Of a DNA stretch of 64,000 nucleotides, positions 13,006 through 24,019 are shown in pieces. A model generated the notes under the pieces. That model was given only the letters and a program-made list of their open reading frames with translations, did not search any database and was not told where the DNA came from. Positions within the stretch are counted from its first letter, which is position 1. The number at the start of each line of letters is the position of its first letter. Source of the stretch: Diadema antillarum (Eukaryota); assembly GCF_040938485.1 (NCBI RefSeq), contig NW_027270906.1, positions 5,022,001-5,086,000 of the forward strand, read 5' to 3'. Made by a program: the position numbers and the translations under genes.

Positions 13006-13121
13006 ATGGCGGGAAAAACGTCGATGATGAAGATGTGTGTCTTCCTGTTTGGATTTGTTGCCTGTTACGTCCTTCTGTCTGAAGTTCATCTCACGAGAGA
13101 ATGCTTCAAATTTTGCAACAG
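13006..13121 (+). CDS. ST8SIA: ST8Sia-like sialyltransferase (GT29), coding exon 1: cytoplasmic tail plus type II signal anchor
   Basis: ACCATGG start. Encodes MAGKTSMMKMCVFLFGFVACYVLLSEVHLTRECFKFCN. CAG|GTAAAT donor, phase 2, splicing in frame (AG|C=S) into the sialylmotif-L exon. Confidence 0.8.
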
Positions 13122-14280
13122 GTAAATCTGTCCTTTAAGTTTACTGGAATCTGGGTTGTAGTACCTCATGTAGTTGATGTATATGGGTCTACTTGGGTCA
13201 AGTACACTACAGGCTTCCTATGATTTTTTCCACATTAATTGCATTTAATTTCTGGTTTAGATAATATATAATTGATCAACGTTCAGAAGTAAGAGTGAAA
13301 ATAAAACTAAGACTCCACAAAAAATGGGAGGAGCAATCTGTCAGTACACGTAAAAATATTATAATAATCTTATATGCATTTTATTAATTATGTATTATAC
13401 AGATATGGGCTTTATAGAGATATACCTTTATAAACAACAATAAAGATATACTTGACATTACCGCGCAGGTGATTATTATCATTCCCCAGGAAAAGATTGT
13501 ATTTTCCCCAAAGCGTGCAGGGTAAATATTGTCAACAATATAGAAAAGACAATTTGTGTTATACTATAATATGTGGTCCACATTCACACAATCATCATTT
13601 CATTCTAGCTCCATCGCCAACCAGTCCAATTCTTGAATTATATTGCTCACTACATGTTTCAATGCTTATTTGAGTCATCCGTGATAATCTGGATGAAGGC
13701 GTGGCCGATATTTTCTTGCTCTCTGTTTCACTATGCAGAGTAGAAAATGTATCAAGTCAAAAATGGAGATTGCAAATATGCTGTATAGGTCCCTGCTCGG
13801 CATAGTTAATTCCTGTCATATTCCAACGCTTGTTAAGAGTATCCCACTGGAAAGAAAAATACAAAAATGAAGTAAGAAAAATAAACAAAGCGAAAAAAAA
13901 CCTTGAAGAATCCCAGTTACCTTTGAACGGCACAACTTGGGAACTCTCTTGATGTAGCACGATTCATGTTGAAGTCACAGTATTTGAACAGCACGAATCG
14001 TATTGAAACTTTCTCCAGTCATGATAGATACGTGGTCAGCATTTCAAATGTTGGTGCCTTAGTCATCTATAATTTTTATAGGTTTTTGTGATCAATATCA
14101 TTTTGACTTTGTCTGCTGTGTAAAAAGTGCGTTGATGTCCCAGTGTAGAAATCAAATAATGAATCACTGCACTGTGAGATAGTGCTGTCGGCTAAAATGA
14201 ATTTGCACAATAATAATGGTGAAAAAAAATCGCGCTGTCTGTTTCATTATTCCTTTTTTTTTTTAATCCTCTCCCACCAG

Positions 14281-14880
14281 CGACTCGAGTCAAGATTGCT
14301 ACTTACGAAGGACAGCCGTACTCGTTTACGACCAGAATGTCTCATCCCACGAAATGAGTTTTTCACAGAACACCCATCCAAGCATCAACCTTGGCAGCTA
14401 CGCCATGGAGGTCCTGTCGGGTCGCTACTTCGACATCAACTGCCCCGTCGACCACTACTGGCCCAGGGTCTCGACGCTCAGCCGCCGGAACGACTGCGCC
14501 GTGGTCGGCAACAGCGGCATACTGAACGGCGCAAACTGCGGCCGAACGATTGACAAGCACGACTTCATCATACGTGCAAACATGGCACCCATTCAGGGAT
14601 ACGAGGCGGACGTGGGAACGCGCGCAAACCTGACGGTTCTCAACTTCGAGACGCTGTTCTACATGCACAAGAACTTGACGCAAACGCACCCAGACGACAA
14701 ATGGCACCGTACCTACGTCGACAGGGCGACGTATCTCAATGACTCCGTGCTGTGGTACTCGAAGTCAACACTGCAGAGAAATAGCAGCGTGTACCTGAGG
14801 AACGTGGCCCATGTCCTGCAGGACCTTTACCGGTTGCCCATCCGACTGGCATACAGCTGGCGATCTGTGTCTGTCGAGAA
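14281..14880 (+). CDS. ST8SIA: ST8Sia-like coding exon 2: stem plus sialylmotif L
   Basis: Long T tract plus CAG acceptor at 14278-14280, GTGAGA donor at 14881. Contains CAVVGNSGILNGANCGRTIDKHDFIIRANMAPIQGYEADVGTRANLTVLN, sialylmotif L with the ST8Sia-type second Cys (xxCG). Confidence 0.95.
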
Positions 14881-15820
14881 GTGAGACTTTGAACACTTTT
14901 CTGAAAACATATACACACATTCTTATTCGTACAAACATGAAGTTTATGCAAATAATATACAATAATCATTGTTGACAATTCTGGCCAGAAACAAAATCAA
15001 CCACTCTAGCATCAACAAAACACCCCCTCCCGAAAAAAAAAAAAAATATATATATATATAAAACAACAAAATTAAAATGTAATTTCCGGTGGTGCCGCGT
15101 CCAATAGCGAAGAGACATCAATTCATTTTGTTTCACAGGGCTGATCAGTAAAGAAAAGTCTTTCCGAAGTCAGGTAGGGTAGAAGAGCCGTACCTTCTGA
15201 GCCAATTGGTGTATATCTTAACTATGTGCTCTCGCAGGGAAAGAAGACGCTGGGCATAAAGAAAGAAAATAACTATTTATCACTTGCGGGGATAATGCGT
15301 ATAATAATTGTCTTCCATGATGGTATATAATTTTACAGTAGAAGTATTATATCGTACCATGAATCTAACTGTTCATTGTTCCTATTTGCCGGGGTTTTCT
15401 TCTCTTTTTTCTTCTTATCTTCAGAGGAATACCAATAAGTGAAAAGTGTCACAGCCTATGTTATTACTGAGTACTCGTAGTTTGTTCATAGTTCCTTTAT
15501 GCATATTTTCTTTCACAGCTTTAAGGATTAGAATTAAACTGTATGTCGTAAGTCAAATAGCAACAGGAATTGTCATCGAGAAATACTGATAGTATTTCGA
15601 ATGAACACAACAATTTGGGGGTATTTCTATAGAGAATGAAGAATGTTTAGGCATCTAAAATTTGTGATAAATGACACTTTTTTTTCCTGCATAGTAGACC
15701 TATATATTGTGTGCTTTGGTGAAATAGATTATAATAGATCGTAAATAATCGTAAATAGTAGTAAATGGGAAAACGTATAGAGACACTATTGAGTATATAT
15801 TCATGTTATCATTACTGCAG

Positions 15821-16934
15821 GTTCTACGGCTTGACGCACTTCGCCACCACCGGTTTCAATGCATACGTCATTGCCAAGACTTTCTGCAATCATGTGACCC
15901 TCTACGGCTTCCACCCATCCAATCAGGACGAACTCGGCAATCACGTGGCGCACCATTACTACGAGGACGTCGAATACGAGTACAACAATGACGTTCACAA
16001 CATCCGCAGCGAGTTCAGAAAGTTACAGGAGCTGGAGAAGAAAGGCGAGGTCACCATCGTGACCGACGTCTGTCCCGGAGGCGCCCGAAAGAAGACCTTC
16101 AGCAACATCAACAAGGAGGAACTCTTCGACCCAAAGTTTCTGTTCATGCCAAAAGCCAACAAGCTGAAGAAGCTGTTCGACGTTGAAAATGAAGGAGAGG
16201 AAAACGATGAAAAGCTACACGATGATGCTGCAGACACGGCTGGGCCTGGCGGAGAGAACAGGGCGGGTGAGAAGCCTAGGACTGATTCACAATCTAAGAT
16301 GGCTACCGCCAGCCCTGGTCTTGGCATTGGAGGAAAAACCAGTGATACGGCATCGAAACAAGTAGCCTTTAGTAATCGTGTTTCGGGTGATCTAAAGTCA
16401 TTGACCGCAGAGATCAATAAGAGACTAGACGCTAGCGATGGCCTTAAATCAAAGACAGCGTCTGTAGCGGAGCCCAAGGATGACCTTATCATGGGGAAAG
16501 CTAACCTTTTAAGGAATTGGCAACCTACAAAGGAGGTTGCTCTTGCTGGCCTTAAAGACGATGATGACAATCGTGTCAGCGGAGGACTCAAAGATGAGAC
16601 AGTGTCGTGGAGAAAGACTGAAGCGCATCCTCAAAATGGATTCCCCGACGAAGGAAACGACTCTGACGATGTCTTTGCCCAACTGGAGCAGTGGAATTTA
16701 GGCTTTGATAGTGCGGCGTCAGATACCAGAACTGACACTCGTAGCAAGGGAGAAAAGACTTCGGGCCATGCAGACAGAAGTCTTGAATATGGCCAAACTG
16801 GCTCAGTTGGTGCCAGGGACTCTGACCATAAGATGGATGTGGCAGGCAGTCCCATTAGGACAAACTACCGCACAGACTATGGTAGGAACAACGGGAACAT
16901 GCTGGACCTTGGCGAGGGATCATCTAATAAATAA
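15821..16934 (+). CDS. ST8SIA: ST8Sia-like coding exon 3: sialylmotifs S, III and VS, C-terminal Cys, then a long extension
   Basis: CTGCAG acceptor at 15815-15820, phase 2 (AA|G=K). ATTGFNAYVIAKTFCNHVTLYGFHP (motif S), HHYYED (motif III), HNIRSE (motif VS), TDVC. Frame stays open to TAA at 16932-16934. Spliced CDS is 1830 nt = 609 aa. Confidence 0.95.
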
Positions 16935-17553
16935 CAGCTAATCTTTTTTGAGATTCTCAGCATATTTCAATGTATTTCTATTGAAATTTGGAATTTGAAG
17001 ACATATCGAACATTATTTGCTGACTTGGTGACTAATGCAAGAACAGAAAGAGTAGACGTAGCATTGTCTTAGCTCAATAGTTGTTCGTGTCCATACGCAA
17101 GAGGAAATTCGGACACGTTGTACTTTTCGTGGAAGTGGCTTTCTTTCTGAAACATCATTACTTTATTCTTTCAGAACCTTGCCTCCCCCTTCCCCCATCT
17201 TTCAAAATCAGTGCTATCCGTGTACCAACATGGTGTTAGTAAACATAATACACTGTGACAGCCGTTGCAACTTATAATTTACATTGATGGGAGCACTTAC
17301 TGAAATAATGGTTATACATAGCAGTGTATTATGAACAGAGAAGTGGGTTGTTCCACTGATGTTGTACAAACTACAGGGATGTCACCCGTGGATGTGTTAC
17401 AGGTAAGGTGATAATTTTACTGGTTGTACTACTCTCCGTATTGAAAATGGATTTGACCCGTCACCCACTGCTAACAAATTAAAATTCACATCAAACATTG
17501 TATTCGTTGTGAGATACAATTACCCAAGAAGTTGAGAAGAGAATACCAGCACT

Positions 17554-17589
<36 letters not shown>

Positions 17590-18053
17590 GTGCGTGTGTG
17601 TGTCTGTTTTGTACTGTCTTACTATTATTATTATTATTCGTCTTATCAGTGTGTTTATAATTTGCATTACTAAGTATGGTGATTGGGAAAAATGAAAATT
17701 ATGCATTGAGAACTGCCTTGTGTCTCAATGAATAAGATGAGTAACAGTAAAATCCTTGGTAAAAAGCGCAGTGAATTATAATTCATGATTGTTATCTGGA
17801 ACGTTATACTAACAGAGGTTTGCATTTGATTGAAGCATTAATGTATCACCCCTCCAGATTACAGGTACCTCAGCAACGACTTAAAAGCTCATAGCTGATT
17901 GGGAGGAGCTTGGCGGCTGCCATGGTACTAACCGGAATTCTGTAAAATACAATAATTGTTGCATATTAAACACGAAACAGGTCCCTGGACATCTTGTTTT
18001 AGTTCTCACACGGAAACAAGAGAAAAGATTAAAGTCTTTTTTTTTCTCCTTTT

Positions 18054-18441
18054 TTAAGGGGATGGCTAGTAAGTAACTGATCAGTGGGAATCAGTGGGAA
18101 TGCTGGGGGATGATTGTTCCAGTCCTTGTGGGATTCATTTAAAAGTACATTATTGTTGTGTGAAAATTATTTGCTTCAGAATGGTCTCATATTCAAGTAA
18201 TGTGCAGTGACGGGGCGATCGTTAACGGCCTGTTCACGATCGCCCCGTCACTGTACAGGCATGCTTACCTGAAAACATTAAACTGCACATTATTTGAATA
18301 TGAGACCATTCTGAAACAAATAATTTTCACACAACAATAGATATATAATGCACTCTTAAATGATTCCCACAAGGTTTGGAACAATCATCCCCCAGCATTC
18401 CCACTGATTCCCACTGATCTGTTACTAGCCATCCCCTTTAA
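18054..18441. mobile_element. Foldback MITE (TTAA-flanked) with ~150-bp inverted arms and a nested hairpin
   Basis: Arms 18058-18208 and 18282-18437 are near-perfect reverse complements. Internal perfect 18-bp inverted repeat at 18205-18222 / 18236-18253. Confidence 0.8.
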
Positions 18442-19413
18442 GTATGTTTTGATTAATCATCTTGTCTCCAGGATTTACTAAGTTTCACAGGGCAACTGAA
18501 CGGTTCCGGGAAAAAGAAAAAAAAAAGTGTTTGATATACGATCATTGATACAACATTCCTGATTATATGATGAATAAAATATTAAGTGCCTACAATATGC
18601 CAATGCACCATATACAGTTTCCACATGAAAATGAGCGTGTTCTGAGGATTTTCTTACGAAACCAGTAGAAACATTGAGGGTGTGGCCCTTTCTCTCATTA
18701 CCGAACAGACCATTATACGACTCTTTGGGGAGCAAACACTTCGTCTCATCGTTGCCTAGTTTGTCACAACATCAAAGGGTCTTACTGCAATAGTTCTCTC
18801 GTCTATCCTAAAGTAACAGGTGAACGTTCTTTTCAGCGTTATATTCACAATCCATCTCAGTAGGTAGTACAAAAGAAGTATAGAAGAGGGCCAGGAGGAA
18901 GAAGAAGGAAGTCAGTATTCTTCTCGAGATGTCCCGGGATTTATTTTCTCTTCATGGTTTCCAGTCTCTGGTAAATCCAGAAGCAGCAAAATGATGAAAA
19001 CAAAAGAGTCTCGTAATGTCTGATACTAAACGCTTTGTAAAGAGCAATCATACTCTTCTTTACATATTTGTTGTTGATGTTGTTTTTGACAATTAACATG
19101 CCCATGAAAACCCTCAGTAATAATTATGTTTATGTTTATGCAACAATAGATGATAAATTAGTCGAATTTTGACTGACATTGCCTTACCGCCACTGTGGAG
19201 AGAAACTTACAATGTAGTTCTATCACTGTGTCTTTGTCTTTGTCTGGCCTGTTAACCAGTTTTCAAGTTTGGGGTAATTGATTTTATACAACACACAGTA
19301 GGCCTACATGTATAGAGGAATCTTTCAGGCCACGTCCTTCAATGGAGAACTTTCTTGATGTCGTGACTTATGATCATTCGGTTGCTTTGTGTGAATCCGT
19401 TTGAGCGGGTGTG

Positions 19414-19450
<37 letters not shown>

Positions 19451-22400
19451 TACAGTATATCACTTTTGTATACATGGTATCATTTTCACAAAATGTTGTA
19501 TGTTAAAAAAAAAGTGATTCAGTAGCACATGTGAGAAGAATACAGCTGCTTATTTTCGTTCATACTATTTTCATTGTGAAAATGAGCGTGATATTGAATG
19601 ACAATAATTCAAATAAAGAACATCATAAAAGAAGTATGTGTATTTGTCTGTGTGTGTGTGTGTGTGCGTGTGTTGTGTGTTAGTCGATAAAAACTTTCCT
19701 GACGGAGAGAGTAAAATAATTTGTCTACCAACAAAAGAGGAGACAGACACACACCTGGAATCACTGTCTTGAGTGTAAAAAATCAAACATCGTCTTTTAA
19801 TGAGAATCGTGAAATAATACCTTTTGAGATCCACAAGTGAAGTGACAATATTTCGCCTCTCTTTGTGTCTCTTAATTTCTCTCTCAATTAAATTACAACT
19901 ACTACGATGACACATAAGAACAACAACATCACAAAAATGTCGGCCGAACCCGGGCAGGACTACCTACTATATACCATCTGGGATCAATTCCTCGCCCTTC
20001 TCTTCAGCACCTCTACACTTGAAATCACGCCATAACACTTTTGACAAAATATATTCAACAGAAACACTAAGGGTAACTATCATTCAGAATTCCTGTGTCC
20101 TGCGGAGAAATAGCATGATATAACTTTTGAATGAAATCGGGGGGAAAAGAAACTTGTATATTTTGTAACGGATGGGTATAGTAATGAATGAGACACAATA
20201 TATAGCGATATTCACTGCATGTTATTATGAACACATCTATCCATAGCAGGAATATTTTCAATAAAATACAGCTTATTGTATATATTTTCTCTTTTATCTT
20301 ACTTTTTTTTTTGCACAAGATACTGATTTGAGACAATGCTCTTCATTAGAATCTGTACTGCTTCACTGAGTTTTAGCTCTTTCACTGACAATTTAAAAAG
20401 AGTGTAATGAACATACATGGAAAACACAATAGATATTCTTGCCCCGAAGGAACAGAGACTATGAATTTGTATACGAAGTAATGAAAACGAACATGGCACA
20501 CAATTCGAGAACTTTGCAACTTTCGGCATTTCTAATAGAATTTGAAATCTCAATGCTCTTCAACTGTCAATTAAACCAATCTCACCACATCAAAGCATAA
20601 TCAGCAATTCTCCATTTCTCAATATATATAGAATACGTGATTAAGCCACGATAACCATTCTCGTACTTCACTGCTATTTTCTATTCTTATTCCCGTTTGA
20701 CGTCACACGCCTGACCTATAGAACACACTTCACATCTTGCCTCCCATCAGTATATTCACTCACTAATACTCACTCTCTCACACACACACAGACACACATA
20801 CAAACACAATCTCTCTCTAGTGATTCTACTACATGTAACTGTCATCACAGTGGAACGATGTTATCATAATTATTTCAACTAAATCGAAGAAGTACGGAGT
20901 GTATGTATAAACTATATAATGTGATTATGATACACACGCAGATGAACAATCCAATGCACATTTGTGTCAAGAACACAAGAGAAAGTACATACCCAGCACT
21001 ACAGGAATAACTCTAATTAGTATTGCTGCTGTGTAGAATTGGTATGGTAATGGTTAGTAAAAACAACGACACCAACAGACACGAGTAAAACGACAGCAAG
21101 AAAGAGACACATTTTTGGCATAGTTGCTAGTAGAGACTTGATGTACGCTCGGCATAATATTTGCTGTATCGCGTTCACTATTACGCCCAACATCATTCTA
21201 CGAACAAGAAGAACATCATAAATACTTGTTCTATTCTTCTCGAGATCACTGAACAAAGATATTGTAGAATAGTTACAAGCTAAGACAAGAGGAGCGCTTT
21301 AAGACATACTGCCTATAAAAGTACTGACCTATTGTTATTTGGAAACAAAACAATCAACTGATGTAATCACACAGTAATATATGCCTGTAACTCTGCCTGT
21401 GTTTATGTGCTCTCTAGCATTTTTCTCTTTACTTTCTTTTGTTTTTGCAAGTACAAATCATCTAGCTGGTTCATAGAATCAAGAATACATGGAACATTGG
21501 GATCACTACACATTTATCAAAGCAGACTTCAACAGAGATTCTCTCTATACAGATGTTGATTTCATATTAACACTACATGGGGCATTAACTATGCTTGGCC
21601 ATAGGTCATGGGTGCCGTGTTGCCACCGGTTACAGTATGCACAATGTAAACAGATTATTCAATGCACCTGTGTTGGCATCATTTGAACCCAGTGGCCTCT
21701 TCCTTTCCGTGTTCATGTTTAGACCAAATGCGTAACAAACACAGGCTACAACTGTCAATAAGATCTGGCAAAATTTGTAAATATAATATGTTAACATTCA
21801 TTCATTCATGCACTGAAGAATCTTTGTTTCTTTTAAATTGAATTGAAAAAAAAAAAAATACAATCCCAAAAGACCTGGTACACACCTCGTAGGAAGATGA
21901 TGTCTTTAATGAAGCTTGGAAATGAGCAGACAAACTCAGCACATGAAAGTATTAAACTAGACTCTGACTACTCTCAACTCGTACCCTCTTACATGTCCAA
22001 TTCATAGCTCCCACTAAGTATTCATACAATGTCAAGTCTATGTGAGTTCGACATTTTTTTCCAAAATGCTACATGCAGTATGAAGAAGACCCATGAGCTT
22101 TCAAATAAAAGAGCAAATAAATGAAACAAAAATATAAATACACACCACGGAGGATGTGGCTCAACTATCTCATCAATACAATCCACAGCATCATCACAAG
22201 CCACAATCCCGTATACCAGAAATCGCAAGTTACAATGACTGAAAAAAGAAGAAGAAATCATTTCAGTTTGCTCTAAGTCTTATGTGCTAGTGCTTGTATT
22301 CTCTTACATACTACATGAAGCAGCTAACTCACACACATATTCTCCTGTTGTTAACAGCTAACACTGATGTAAAGATATGAAAGAAAAAAAAAATGTGTTA

Positions 22401-23321
22401 GGTCACAGCCCATTTCACAACATTTCACATTTTTTTGAAAAACCAAATTAAATCAAATACTGAAGGGAAACATTGAATTTCAGAGTATGTTCTCACACAA
22501 TATTACCCACTGGTACACATCCTCTGTTATACCCAACGCAAACTGACACAATAACTATAATGTCACACGAAAAAAAGGTTCCATGTAAAACGGTGTTCCA
22601 AAACATGACGTGGATACAGAAAATGCCAATCGTGACCCCCTACATTGTTAAATCTCAACTCAGAGGTACAAAAATCAAACTTTTTATTCCAGTTGTCAGC
22701 TTGGACCCATCCTTGGGCCACATTTGGGCAACAGCAAATCAAACTAATCCAATGATCATGAAAAACTGCCCTGAATCAAGCCATGTCTTACTTACTAAGT
22801 GTCAAATAATGAAGAAAAAAAAAAATGATTGTTCTAAAATCACTCTTTTCATCAGATCTACATTTATTTCTTCACACATCATCAGATACTGAATCTACTC
22901 AGTGTCATACGCAATTGCCTTTTTTCATAGGCCTATGTGTATGAGAATGTGTGTGTGTGTGTGTGCATGTGTGTCTAGGGGGGGGGGGGGGGGGGGGGTT
23001 GAAGACCTTCAGATATAGATACCGGTAGCTGAATACAGTATGACATGTCCTGACTTCACATCATAGGGGTGGAAAAAAGGTACCAAGAAAAGCACAGTCA
23101 AGAGCAAACCCTGCTGCCCGACTCTTGTCACAGAATAGCAGGCTGCCAAAATAATCCCCAAAAGGCTGGAAAGGGCTCTTTTCTGTCAAAAGTAAGTGAA
23201 ATAGAGGATACCTGCATTCCACTGAGTCAGGAGTCACAAATGAATGGATGAAAAACAAGACACAATGCACAGAAAACCACGTATCTACTGAGTATTGAAT
23301 GGATGGTAAAACAGAAAAAAA

Positions 23322-24019
23322 TATGTGACCCTGCATCACAAAACCAACAAAGAGTCACAAGTCATGTATTTTTTTTTTTATAGTTAAGAGCAGATTCTAA
23401 AAGAGCAGACTTTTAGCTTCAAAACGATGTATAACTCATTTTGAATGGACTCTCCTAACTTATCCAATTATTGGTAAGGAAACACACACTCTAGAAAAGT
23501 GTTACTGAGTAAAGAGGCTCTAAAAGTACAGCATTCATTCAAGCGCTTAATTTCACCGAGCTATGCTGGCTGCGCAATGAATGGGACAAAAAGCAGGATG
23601 TAAAACATTCAGTAACAACAATGAAGGGATTGTCAGAGTACGCCAAAATTCAGCATGCTCAATTAACACGTTCTATCCATTAGCAATGCCAACTTTTAAA
23701 GCAGCAGCATTATTCTTTCAAAAGTTATTAGAGTCGAAAATGTAGTGTAAAGGATTTTTACGATATGAAAAGAGCCCTCCGAGACATACAAAAATCAAAC
23801 TATTTAAGAAAAGTGTCCTAGAAAAAACTGCTAAAAAAACAATTTTCCATTCAATTTATGATCCCCAAATTTAGAATAATGTAAGAGAAGAATTTCTCCT
23901 GCAAGAATTATGAAAAACTCAACTAGGTTGACTAGGTTGGCCCATTTCACCTATTTTCAGTCCTCATGTAAAATTAGGGCATGCAACTTTTTGTCGGGTT
24001 TCTGATGCACGGTCACATA
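23322..24019. mobile_element. MITE with TGTGACC termini and TA target-site duplication
   Basis: TA|TGTGACCCTGCATCACAAAACCAACAAAGAGT versus ACTTTTTGTCGGGTTTCTGATGCACGGTCACA|TA; ~32-bp imperfect TIR. Confidence 0.7.

Noticed and set aside
7066-16855. Antisense or alternative-frame ORFs over real exons (e.g. 7066-7395, 14363-14707, 15995-16591, 16631-16855)
   Set aside because: Shadow ORFs expected from GC3-rich coding sequence; no motifs or splice support.
23203-23211. GTATCCTCT on the - strand, resembling a second U12 donor
   Set aside because: Mismatch to consensus, no credible upstream exon and no matching TCCTTAAC branch point found.
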